Source: an uncultured archaeon (GTDB taxonomy: Archaea; Asgardarchaeota; Lokiarchaeia; Sigyniarchaeales; SOKP01). Taken from it: a DNA stretch of 53,315 nt. Positions within the stretch are counted from its first letter, which is position 1; the number at the start of each line of letters is the position of its first letter. The stretch spans positions 1-53,315 of the forward strand of contig CAZOYD010000016.1 in the NCBI GenBank assembly GCA_964583985.1, written 5' to 3'. The notes under the pieces are model-generated. The model was not told the DNA's origin and made no database searches. It worked only from the letters and a program-made list of their open reading frames with translations. Positions 38,757 through 47,866 of this stretch are shown here, one piece after another. The position numbers and the translations under genes are program-made.

Positions 38757-39507
38757 ATTTAAAATTTTAATCATTTCGATGACATCGTGCAGTGGTTGTA
38801 TATCTACTTTATTTTCTTTAGATATTTTTCCTCAATTCCTTGAAAAAACAAAAATTGCTTATTTTCCCTATATTACCGATGAGGAAAAGTTAGAGAGTTA
38901 TGATATGGCTTTGATTGAAGGATGTATAATTCAAGAAAGTCAGATTCAACTCATTCAAGAGATTCGGAGGGTTGCAAAGAAAATTTATTTATTAGGTTCT
39001 TGTGCTGCTTTTGGAGGTATGATAAACCTTTCGGAAAAGAAGAGAGGAGATCCTATCTCAAATTATATTGAAGTTGATGGTATAATTCCTGGGTGTCCTC
39101 CTCCTTCGAACTTATTCGGAAATTGTTTGATGGATCTTTTAGAAAATAAAATGATTAAATTATCAAATAGAAATCAATGTTACTCCTGTCCACTTAGAGA
39201 AAGTCTAGACTATGAATTTAAAACTAAGATTACAAAGCTAATCCCAAGTAATAGAGATATTAACTCTGCTCAAAATCCCAAATGTTTCTTATCTCAAGGT
39301 GTATTATGCCTTGGACCAGTGACAAGAGAGGGATGTGAAAACAAGTGCATTATCAAAGGAATGCCATGTGAAAGTTGCTTAGGTCCTCCTTCAAAAAGTT
39401 CGTGCGCTAATATCTATAACTTTCTAAGCCTACTTGACATATCAATTGAGTTAAAAACATATGAAGGAATCTTTTTTAGATATTCAAAACCAATAATTAA
39501 AAGGTGA
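38743..39507 (+). CDS. [NiFe]-hydrogenase small subunit, MvhG-like
   Basis: SCSGC, IEG, GSCAAFGG, PGCPP, CYSCP, CFLSQGVLCLGPVTREGCENKC...PCESCLGP; no Tat signal. Confidence 0.88.
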   Translation: MIIIKFKILIISMTSCSGCISTLFSLDIFPQFLEKTKIAYFPYITDEEKLESYDMALIEGCIIQESQIQLIQEIRRVAKKIYLLGSCAAFGGMINLSEKKRGDPISNYIEVDGIIPGCPPPSNLFGNCLMDLLENKMIKLSNRNQCYSCPLRESLDYEFKTKITKLIPSNRDINSAQNPKCFLSQGVLCLGPVTREGCENKCIIKGMPCESCLGPPSKSSCANIYNFLSLLDISIELKTYEGIFFRYSKPIIKR

Positions 39508-40808
39508 TTAAATTACAAAAAATTGTTGAGCCGTGCAAGAGAATAGAAGGAAATGCAAATATTAAAATACTGCTAAGGGGAGAAAACATTGATCATGTTG
39601 AATTCGTGATCCCTGAAGTTAGAGGGTTTGAAAATATCCTCATGAATAAAAAAACTCAAGATATTCCTAGAATTGTATCGCGAATATGTGGACTATGTCA
39701 TGCTTCTCAAGCAATAGTTAGCAACAAAGCTATCGAAGACATTTATGGGATTAATCCACCAACTCAATCAATAATTTTAAGGAGAATTTTATTAATTGGA
39801 GAATTAATTAAATCTCATGTAATGCATTTCTTTTTTCAATCTTTCCCAGACCTTTTGAAATTAATTAATCTTCAAGAAATATCTAATCCCTATGATTTAA
39901 TGCAATTTGATCCTCATTTGACTTCAAATGTATTTGATTTAATTAAATTAGGTTCAGAAATAGATAAAATCTTTGGTGGTCGATATGTACATTTAATCAG
40001 TTGCATCTCTGGTGGTGTTATATATCATCCTTCACAAATTAACATCAATTTAGTGAGAAAATTACTACAAAAAGGATCTAATAATGCAAAATACTTAATT
40101 GAAACCTTTATAAAACTATTTTCAAGCAAAACTCCGCCTAGTTCATTCGATCTTCCTAAGTTAAATTATTTAGGACTTTCAAACCAAGGTGCTTATGATA
40201 GATATTCCGGAGATATTGTTGTGAAAAATTATAAAAATCAATTAAATTTTCATGAAAAAGATTACCAATCCTATTTTGATAAAGATATTGAAGTGTTTGG
40301 AGTCAGTTTTCATCAAATCGATGATATGGGAGTTATTACAGGTCCAATCGCGAGAGATAATATAAATAAAATTTCAACTAAAGAAAGAATTACCCCATAT
40401 TTTGACAAGATTAATGAAAATTGGAAAAACTCAATTCTTTATCAAAATTTTTTGGAATTAATCGAAGTTGATCATGAAATCCATGAATGTCTCAAATTAT
40501 TAAATGAAAATTCGTTATACGAACGGAGTGATTTACCTGATTTAGGTGAAATTCAAAAATTAGAAGGAATAGGAATGCTTGAGGCCCCACGTGGTTTTTT
40601 ATTGCATCATTATAAAATAAATCAAGATGAGACCGTAATTCAAGCAAAATTATTTATTGCTACTGAAATCAACATTCCTCTCTTAAATTTCATGACATCA
40701 AAATATGCCCATTATTTGCATAAAAATGAGGAAATCGATAAGGTTAGAAAAGAAATAATCCAAATGATAAGAGCGTTTGATCCATGCATATCATGCGCAT
40801 CACACTAA
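39504..40808 (+). CDS. [NiFe]-hydrogenase large subunit, MvhA/group 3-like, atypical
   Basis: RIEG, RGFE, RICGLC, EAPRG, DPCISCASH*; all four Ni-Fe Cys ligands present. Confidence 0.9.
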   Translation: MIKLQKIVEPCKRIEGNANIKILLRGENIDHVEFVIPEVRGFENILMNKKTQDIPRIVSRICGLCHASQAIVSNKAIEDIYGINPPTQSIILRRILLIGELIKSHVMHFFFQSFPDLLKLINLQEISNPYDLMQFDPHLTSNVFDLIKLGSEIDKIFGGRYVHLISCISGGVIYHPSQININLVRKLLQKGSNNAKYLIETFIKLFSSKTPPSSFDLPKLNYLGLSNQGAYDRYSGDIVVKNYKNQLNFHEKDYQSYFDKDIEVFGVSFHQIDDMGVITGPIARDNINKISTKERITPYFDKINENWKNSILYQNFLELIEVDHEIHECLKLLNENSLYERSDLPDLGEIQKLEGIGMLEAPRGFLLHHYKINQDETVIQAKLFIATEINIPLLNFMTSKYAHYLHKNEEIDKVRKEIIQMIRAFDPCISCASH

Positions 40809-40823
40809 TATAGGATTTACATC

Positions 40824-41852
40824 ATGCTAAAGGAGGAGATGAACATCAACGTATTTGAAGATCATAAAAAAATATTCATCAATATGAAAAATAAAATCCA
40901 AGAAGGAGATTTTTCTTTAGGAAATCTCTGTGAGATTTTTATACTTACTGTTGATGAAGCTCTTGGTCGCCTCATTCTTTTAATTTATCCTGATGATTCA
41001 ATTAAGGACGATCTTGAAAAAATCCGAATAATTAATATTCATCCTATATGGCATATCGAGGTTAGTGAGCTTAATGGCTTTGATCCCCTCGTGATTGAAT
41101 GTGGTAAGAGAATTTGCTATGGTTATAAATTTGTATTTCGAAAAGTTATAAGAAAAAAAATTGAAGAAATCATCATCATTCTATCATTACCTTTAGAATT
41201 AGAGATTTTAGGTTTTAATCTTTTAAAAATGATAGTTGATTGGATCATTGGCTCTTATAGTGATAGAATATATAAAATTATTGAATCAGAAATTACTAAA
41301 TTTAAAGCTGTGAAAACCCAAAATATGATAGAAATAATTAGACAGGGAGTTGACTTGAAAGAAACGCTCCTAAATGAGTTAAAAAAAACCTGCACGGAAT
41401 ATTTTTCTTACATTATTAAAATACTAGATGATACAAAAATTAATTCACAGAAAGCTTTATCTCTCTTAATGTTAAAAGGTATAAACCTAACAAATTCCAC
41501 ATTAAAAAGAAATGATACTGATATTGGACATTTTAGAATTAGCCCTTCTGAACAAGAAATTGAAGAATTTTTCTCAATTCATTCTATTAACGTTATTCAG
41601 AACCATAATGAATTTGAAGTCTCAATTCAAAATATATCCAATGATGAATTGAACGATGTAAACGTGAGGATTATTTATATCTTGAATTTTGTTGAACACG
41701 ATATTATTAATGTAGATCTTGATTACTGGTTTTCTGAAGAAAGAATAATCTTCACTGTTCCAATTAAGTCTTTAAATAATGATTTTTTTATCTTTATTTC
41801 AGATAATAATATGAAAAGAACTTTATTCTCGAGAAAAGTCTCTCTTTTATGA
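40824..41852 (+). CDS. Hypothetical protein with possible uDENN/longin-like N-terminal and Ig-like C-terminal domains
   Basis: IFILTVDEALGRLILLIYP resembles the uDENN/NPRL-type longin start; FEVSIQNISNDELNDVNVRI is Ig-like; 15 nt after the hydrogenase stop. Confidence 0.5.
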   Translation: MLKEEMNINVFEDHKKIFINMKNKIQEGDFSLGNLCEIFILTVDEALGRLILLIYPDDSIKDDLEKIRIINIHPIWHIEVSELNGFDPLVIECGKRICYGYKFVFRKVIRKKIEEIIIILSLPLELEILGFNLLKMIVDWIIGSYSDRIYKIIESEITKFKAVKTQNMIEIIRQGVDLKETLLNELKKTCTEYFSYIIKILDDTKINSQKALSLLMLKGINLTNSTLKRNDTDIGHFRISPSEQEIEEFFSIHSINVIQNHNEFEVSIQNISNDELNDVNVRIIYILNFVEHDIINVDLDYWFSEERIIFTVPIKSLNNDFFIFISDNNMKRTLFSRKVSLL

Positions 41853-41897
41853 GCAACAGAAAAATTATTCCTACTATATTTTTGATGGGAAAAAATC

Positions 41898-42458
41898 TTA
41901 TTTTCTTGTTTTCAACCAATCTTCCTTTAATATTGAATAAACGTAAGTATCTTCATATTTTCCATTAATATATGCGTCCTTTTTTAAAACTGCCTCACGA
42001 GTTAATCCATTTTTTTCAGCACATTTCCAAGACGCGATATTTGGAGTAAAAATGTAACCATATAGCTTATGAAAATTCAATTCTTTAAATCCGTAATCAA
42101 TCAATAAGGAAGTGGCTTCGGTTGCATACGCTTGTCCCCAATACTCTGGTTCTCCAATTTGCAATCCCATTACACAGATGCGATCAAACCACCTTATATT
42201 ATGATATCCACAATTCCCAATAGCCTTATTATCAGTATTATGCCAGATCTCCATAATTATTTCATTTTTAACGCCTCCATCTATCGATTCAAAAAATTGC
42301 TTGAACCTTTCGATTGTTTTAGGTTCAGCATTTCGAGCATAAACACGCACACGGATATCATTTTCCCAGGCTGCGTATTGCTCTACGTGATCACTATTTA
42401 AAGGAGCTAATGAAATTGTTTCACCTCGTATGAACACCATTGGTTTATCTTCAGTCAT
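41898..42458 (-). CDS. GNAT acetyltransferase, RimJ/RimL-like (6 of 6)
   Basis: IGEPEYWGQAYATEA, FKELNFHK, PNIASWK..EKNG, DAYINGKYED. Confidence 0.9.
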   Translation of the reverse strand: MTEDKPMVFIRGETISLAPLNSDHVEQYAAWENDIRVRVYARNAEPKTIERFKQFFESIDGGVKNEIIMEIWHNTDNKAIGNCGYHNIRWFDRICVMGLQIGEPEYWGQAYATEATSLLIDYGFKELNFHKLYGYIFTPNIASWKCAEKNGLTREAVLKKDAYINGKYEDTYVYSILKEDWLKTRK

Positions 42459-42501
42459 TTTTGTTTTTCTCCTAATTTAGTCTAATTTTAAACATTAAAT
42501 T

Positions 42502-43098
42502 CTAAATATTAATTTTTAACCAATCTTTTTTCAACATTCGATATTTTCGAGCATCAATATATTGCCCATTTATAAAAATCGTTTTCTTTTGAATACCTTC
42601 AAGGATAAATCCATCCTTTTCTGCCACACTCCATGAACCGATATTAGGTTCAAAAATACCAGCATAGATTTTATGAAAATTGAGTTCTTTGAAACCATAA
42701 TTAATCAATAAACGGGATGCTTCAGTCCCCAAATTCTTATTCCAATATTGAGGTAGACCTATACTCATGAAAATATTTGCGTTCCTGCTAATCCAATTAA
42801 TACGACCAAAACCACAAGTACCAATGGGTACTTTATCTCTTTTATGCCAGATTTCAAATGTAATATAATCTGATAAACCTCTTCTTTCACTAGGCTCAAA
42901 CCACTTTGTTATATCCTCTACAGTGTGAGGTCTGTTATTGCGTGCGTAAATTCTAGCTTTAGAATCATTTACCCATTTAGCATACAATTTTATGTGATCC
43001 AAATTCGGTGGACATAAATCTATGTTCTCCCCTTCAATAAAAGGATAAGCGACGTGTTCTTTTTCTTTTATTTCTTCACTATTCAATTCTTCTTTCAC
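42502..43098 (-). CDS. GNAT acetyltransferase, RimJ/RimL-like (5 of 6)
   Basis: YWNKNLGTEA, PNIGSWSVAEK; start moved to GTG 43098, which gives a GTGA overlap with the upstream stop. Confidence 0.88.
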   Translation of the reverse strand: MKEELNSEEIKEKEHVAYPFIEGENIDLCPPNLDHIKLYAKWVNDSKARIYARNNRPHTVEDITKWFEPSERRGLSDYITFEIWHKRDKVPIGTCGFGRINWISRNANIFMSIGLPQYWNKNLGTEASRLLINYGFKELNFHKIYAGIFEPNIGSWSVAEKDGFILEGIQKKTIFINGQYIDARKYRMLKKDWLKINI

Positions 43099-43688
43099 TT
43101 CCCTAATTGTAATAATTCTTTTCTCTTTTCTATCCATTCATCATAAAAGATGCAATATTCATATTCGTCTACATATTTTCCATCTACCCATGCTTGTTCT
43201 TGATAAACCAAAGCGCGTTGCATGCCTAATTTTTCAGCTACTTTCCAAGAGCCTACATTGACTTCATACATTCCACACCCAATTTTAAACATGTTCAATT
43301 CGTTAAAACCATATTCAATAATTAATGCTGCTGCTTCTGTTCCTAAATCTTTATTTCGGTACTCTTGTTCTCCAATCACCATGCCTATATTTGCACTTCT
43401 ATCTGACCAATTAATATGATTAAATCCAACATATCCAATGATTTTTTTGTCATTTTTATGCCAGATTTCGAATTGCATTTCACTAGGGGTTCCTATTTTC
43501 AATTCTTCAATCCATTTTTTATATTCCTCCGTTGAAATTGGGAACATATTTCGAGCATAGTGTCTGGTTTCTTGATCGTTATCCCATTTAACATATAAAT
43601 TTAGATGATCAAGATTATTCCCAGGTAAAAGATCGACATTTTTTCCATTAATAAACGTTCTAATATCTTCAGGTTCCATTATGTTCAT
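43095..43688 (-). CDS. GNAT acetyltransferase, RimJ/RimL-like (4 of 6)
   Basis: IGEQEYRNKDLGTEA, NVGSWKVAEKLG. Confidence 0.9.
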   Translation of the reverse strand: MNIMEPEDIRTFINGKNVDLLPGNNLDHLNLYVKWDNDQETRHYARNMFPISTEEYKKWIEELKIGTPSEMQFEIWHKNDKKIIGYVGFNHINWSDRSANIGMVIGEQEYRNKDLGTEAAALIIEYGFNELNMFKIGCGMYEVNVGSWKVAEKLGMQRALVYQEQAWVDGKYVDEYEYCIFYDEWIEKRKELLQLGK

Positions 43689-44275
43689 ATCTCCTCATCT
43701 ATTTTTAAATTGAGCCAATCTTTTTTGAACACTGCAAATTTATGATTATCCACATAAACTCCATCTTTATAAATTTCTTCTCTTAAAACTACTTCTTGAA
43801 CCAAACCTATTTTAATAGCAGTCTTTAAAGCACGTTCGTCAGGAGAATAAATATTGGTGCAAACCTTGTGAAGGTTTAGTTCTTCAAATGCATAAGTAAT
43901 CATCAATTTACTCGCTTCAACCCCAATTCCTTTTCCCCAATATTCAGGTTCTCCAATTACTGTCAAAAGGTTAGCATTTCGATCTAACCATTGAATATCA
44001 GTCAAACCAACCATTCCAATCGTTTTCTCATCATTTTTGAGATAAATGAGAAAATGAACATCAGTTTTCATCTCATCTTTTTTCGGTTCGAACAATTTTT
44101 TTATTTCTTCGATGGTTGTTGGGAGAGGATACCTAGTGTAGGTACGAACATCGGGATCATTCATCCAACGGACAACGAGTTTGATATCTTCTTGAACTAT
44201 AGGAGTTAAGTTAATCCGATCTCCTTTTATAAACTCCATTATTGGTATATCTTCTTTAACTTCCATTTTATTCAC
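43685..44275 (-). CDS. GNAT acetyltransferase, RimJ/RimL-like (3 of 6)
   Basis: IGEPEYWGKGIGVEA, AFEELNLHK. Confidence 0.9.
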   Translation of the reverse strand: MNKMEVKEDIPIMEFIKGDRINLTPIVQEDIKLVVRWMNDPDVRTYTRYPLPTTIEEIKKLFEPKKDEMKTDVHFLIYLKNDEKTIGMVGLTDIQWLDRNANLLTVIGEPEYWGKGIGVEASKLMITYAFEELNLHKVCTNIYSPDERALKTAIKIGLVQEVVLREEIYKDGVYVDNHKFAVFKKDWLNLKIDEEI

Positions 44276-44292
44276 GACTTCAAGAACTTTTC

Positions 44293-44868
44293 TTATTTTT
44301 TTGTAGCTTCTTTATATTTAATTATCCAATCATCTTGAAAAATACAATAACAATAATCATTTATATATTCACCATCAATAAATGCATTGTTTTTAAGAGT
44401 GGCTTCCCTTTCCATACCCAATCGTTCACAAACTTTCCATGAACCTATATTTGGGCTATAAATCATTGTTCTTATCTTGTACATGTTTAGTTCACCAAAA
44501 CCATAATTGAGCAATAACATTCCAGCTTCAGTTGCTATTCCTTTTCCCCAATATTGCATCTCTCCTATGGTAACTGATATGTTGGCTCTTCTATATGCAT
44601 AGCGGATGTTGTTAATTTCCGCTAATCCTATTGCTTTATAATCTTCCCTATGAAAAATTTCAAAATGGACATTATCCTCAATGCTCCATCCCTTGGGTTC
44701 GAATAATTTTTTAAACAATTCTACTGTAGTAGGAAACTCATTTCGTGCATATTTCCTAATCTCAGGATCATTCTGCCATTTTACATATAATTTGATATGA
44801 TCTGAATCCAATGGTACCAGATCTATTTTATCTCCTTTTATAAACGCTTTATCATTGACTTTACTCAT
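44293..44868 (-). CDS. GNAT acetyltransferase, RimJ/RimL-like (2 of 6)
   Basis: YWGKGIATEA, PNIGSWKVCERLG. Confidence 0.9.
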   Translation of the reverse strand: MSKVNDKAFIKGDKIDLVPLDSDHIKLYVKWQNDPEIRKYARNEFPTTVELFKKLFEPKGWSIEDNVHFEIFHREDYKAIGLAEINNIRYAYRRANISVTIGEMQYWGKGIATEAGMLLLNYGFGELNMYKIRTMIYSPNIGSWKVCERLGMEREATLKNNAFIDGEYINDYCYCIFQDDWIIKYKEATKK

Positions 44869-45467
44869 AATTTTTCTCCCCGACTATTGTTTTCTGCTTT
44901 CTTCTTAAACCAATCGCTTTTTAAATATCCATAACGTTTTTCATCCCGGTATACACCATCAACATATTTCTGCTCTCTCAGAATGCCTTCAAGTTTAAAA
45001 CCGACTTTTTCCGCAACAGTCCAAGAGCCTACATTTTCTACTACAACTGTTCCACTTACTTTATTTAAATTTAGTTCTTCGAAAGCATATTTTAATAGAA
45101 GTTCCGTTGCTTCTGTAGCAATATTTTTATTCCAATATTCCATCTCGCCAATATTTGCATAGGCGTTTGCCCATCCATTAATCCAGTTAATTCTGCTTAG
45201 TCCAATTTCACCAATTGGTTTTTTATCTTTTATATGATAGATAATGAAACCTGCCCACTCGCTTAAACCTCCTGTTACTCGAGATTCAAACCTTTTTTTC
45301 ATTTGATCTATTGAGCTTGGGAGGGGTCCACGTAAAAATGTCCTGTTTTTTGGACTGTTTACCCACTTACATCGTAATTCGATCCATTCTGATCTATTTA
45401 CGACTAGATTAATATTTTCTCCTTTAATAAAAGGCAATGGTTCACTTTTTTGCTTATCTGTTGACAT
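44865..45467 (-). CDS. GNAT acetyltransferase, RimJ/RimL-like (1 of 6)
   Basis: YWNKNIATEA, ENVGSWTVAEKVGFKLEG. Confidence 0.9.
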   Translation of the reverse strand: MSTDKQKSEPLPFIKGENINLVVNRSEWIELRCKWVNSPKNRTFLRGPLPSSIDQMKKRFESRVTGGLSEWAGFIIYHIKDKKPIGEIGLSRINWINGWANAYANIGEMEYWNKNIATEATELLLKYAFEELNLNKVSGTVVVENVGSWTVAEKVGFKLEGILREQKYVDGVYRDEKRYGYLKSDWFKKKAENNSRGEKL

Positions 45468-45577
45468 GATTGTACCATTAATTTCTATTTTTTCTCAATC
45501 AACTATAATAATTTAATTGAAAAACAAGATTAAAAATTTTCCAATGATATAAAAAAATACATTATGACGCATTTTCA

Positions 45578-45847
45578 TCACAGATATTCACTTTTTGCTC
45601 TTGTGAATATAGTAAATAATTTGATAGCAATTCCAACGAATATAAATACGTAGAAAATGTTCAGAGATCCAATGAGACCAACTAAAAGATTAAGTAAAGC
45701 CATAATTTCAATAAAATTTAAACGCCCCCATTCTGTCATGTATGCAAAATATACTCCCCGAATCGTGTGAATTCCTAAAATAAATTGATAAACGTAGTAT
45801 TTATAAAAATTCGATTTATAACTTTTAGGGACGATTTCTTTGGACAT
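45578..45847 (-). pseudogene. Probable internally deleted MFS-type transporter remnant
   Basis: Only 89 aa, hydrophobic; reads like an MFS first helix (NFYKYYVYQFILG...GRLNFIEIM) joined in frame to last helices (LIGSLNIFYVFIFVG...TRAKSEYL). Confidence 0.5.
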
Positions 45848-45968
45848 TTGATTTCTTTTTGAAAAATGATTATACTATCTTATATTGTCAGTTTTTCATT
45901 ATATTAATAGAAGTCTCTTTGAAGTATCTCTGAATTATCTTCAAATGATTGGAACAAGTTAAATATAC

Positions 45969-45997
45969 AAAAAAAAGCAAAAAAAAATAAAAAAAAA
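45969..45997 (-). terminator. Oligo-U terminator of the histone gene
   Basis: Three consecutive T runs of 8-9 nt on the minus strand, 20 nt after the stop. Confidence 0.6.
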
Positions 45998-46016
45998 TTA
46001 AACATAAGGGGTATTT

Positions 46017-46229
46017 CTACATTAATTTCATTGCCATTGCCATGTCGCCAACTGTGAGTTTCTTTCGACCAGCGTGACGGGTCATTTCTAAAGCCTTATT
46101 TGTTGCGCCTTTAGCAATGTTTTCTAAATAATCTATGAGCGCATCAACGGCTTCACGTGCAACCATATCCGCACCGTTGTCTTTCATTAATTTTCTTACA
46201 GGGGACCAAGCAAATACTTTTTTAGCCAT
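46017..46229 (-). CDS. Archaeal histone (HMf-like single histone fold)
   Basis: FAWSPVRKLMK..GA..VAREAV......LE.IA......A...TRHAGRKKLT..D; GGAGG SD upstream. Confidence 0.93.
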   Translation of the reverse strand: MAKKVFAWSPVRKLMKDNGADMVAREAVDALIDYLENIAKGATNKALEMTRHAGRKKLTVGDMAMAMKLM

Positions 46230-46315
46230 TTTTATTCCTCCATTTTATAATTTTATATTATTTTTAGAATTATATTTGACAATATAAGTCTTTAAATTAT
46301 AATATGCCTTTCAAA

Positions 46316-46330
46316 TATATAAATCTTTCT
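46316..46330 (-). promoter_or_regulatory. BRE/TATA promoter candidate for the histone gene
   Basis: Minus strand AGAAAGA-TTTATATA about 90 nt upstream of the ATG. Confidence 0.45.
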
Positions 46331-46717
46331 GTAGGTTGCTGAAACTATATGATAGAGTTAATAATTTTTCCAAGATCATCGTTTCGACAAAAAATCGATG
46401 TTGTAGAAGAAAAGCGATAGATATATTTCTGAGCCTTTAGAACTAAGATCTAATTTTATTTAAAAAAATGTGTTCGATAAAGGTGTGAAATTAAAAAGTT
46501 AGAATTAAATAATTAAAATAGTTTTTTGAAATGGTAAAGTCCGATAAATAAGCTTATTACCACGGAAATAAATAAGAATGAAGTTAACTTTTCTTAGTTT
46601 TTAACAAATAATTGGACTTGTAAATTTATATGTTGAAGAATATAATCCAAAATCAAAACTTATATCAACTTGATGATTATCATTAATTAAGATATATATA
46701 CTCATCTAATAATTCTA

Positions 46718-47392
46718 GTGGTGAAATTGTCAAAATTACCAGAAATCGCTGAAAAAATAGAGGATTTGAAAAAGGAGCTATTAATTGAAGAATTAGAAGA
46801 AATAAATTTTAGCAGAAGGCAAAAATTGATTTTTGAAACCTGTGGTTGGGCAATACTTGCTGGATGTGTTTATTATTGGATCTTCTTTTTCTTTTTTTTA
46901 CACTATTATGAACCATTATTATATACTACCTACTTCACCTCAATTCTAATTGGTGTTACTTTTATTTATCGATTTGAATCGCTCTTATTTAACTCGATAA
47001 CCTGCATAACCTTTTATGGATTCATCAACGTAACAATTGGATTACTTTTTACTACAACAGACATCCTTGGTTTTATAACCGCTCCGCTTTTACATGCTCT
47101 TATCGCGGCAGTTCAATTATTTATCATTTTTAACAAGAAAATTCCGATCCATGAAGGCTATTTGTTATGGGGTTTATTATTTTATTTTATCTTCACGAGT
47201 AGTTATGACAGCTTTCAACGATGGAATATTATAACTGGATTGGCAACACTGGTTTCAGATGTTTTTACAAAAGCTTATGCTTTCTATGCATTATGGCTTT
47301 CTGGTTTATTCATCCATTTCTACAAAAAAAGACAGGGTTTATTGCGTGGATTAAGTAAAACGCCTGTTTTTTCGCATAATATTCAAGAATAA
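46718..47392 (+). CDS. Integral membrane hypothetical protein
   Basis: About six hydrophobic segments after a charged N-terminal helix. Confidence 0.75.
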   Translation: MVKLSKLPEIAEKIEDLKKELLIEELEEINFSRRQKLIFETCGWAILAGCVYYWIFFFFFLHYYEPLLYTTYFTSILIGVTFIYRFESLLFNSITCITFYGFINVTIGLLFTTTDILGFITAPLLHALIAAVQLFIIFNKKIPIHEGYLLWGLLFYFIFTSSYDSFQRWNIITGLATLVSDVFTKAYAFYALWLSGLFIHFYKKRQGLLRGLSKTPVFSHNIQE

Positions 47393-47515
47393 AATTTTTT
47401 TTAATTACCCTTATAACTTTCTAAACCATAATATTAATGATTAATATCATTATTTAATATGAAATGAATTAAAATCTTATAGTGATGGTATATAGGTTTA
47501 GATAAAGAGAATTTA

Positions 47516-47812
47516 ATGGATATGTTAGCCCTTTCCAAAATTGAATATCGAGCGCTTAATAAAATTGCCATGTATAATCCCAATCTTATTGCAAATCTTT
47601 CAAAAGAGGCATATGATCTATACGTGATTAGAAAGGAGATCAGTGAATATATTTTTTCTCTTATAACAATCCAAGGTATGACTATGGATAAGTTTAAGAA
47701 TAAAATGCATGAAGAAATTAAAAAAGTTAAGAATATGCAAAAGATGGCTGAATCTGAAGAAGAAAAAGCATTTTTAGAATTAAAAATTAAAGAATTAGGA
47801 GATTATCTTTAA
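47516..47812 (+). CDS. Small helical hypothetical protein
   Basis: 98-aa ORF with typical composition. Confidence 0.7.
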   Translation: MDMLALSKIEYRALNKIAMYNPNLIANLSKEAYDLYVIRKEISEYIFSLITIQGMTMDKFKNKMHEEIKKVKNMQKMAESEEEKAFLELKIKELGDYL

Positions 47813-47866
47813 TTTGAAGCCTTGCTTTAATAAGAATGATTTCTCCAAATTAGAATGTGAGTAGTA

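Noticed and set aside
36207-40808. Selenocysteine recoding in HdrA/MvhD/MvhA
   Set aside because: No in-frame TGA; all positions are read as sense codons, and the large subunit ends in TAA after a complete DPCxxC motif.
33456-40808. Methanogenesis from Mtd/Hdr/Mvh genes
   Set aside because: No mcr, mtr or hdrBC in the window; these modules are common in non-methanogens.
46230-46717. Long intergenic region upstream of the histone as a hidden gene or array
   Set aside because: No convincing ORF, repeat periodicity or stable structure; consistent with two divergent promoters.
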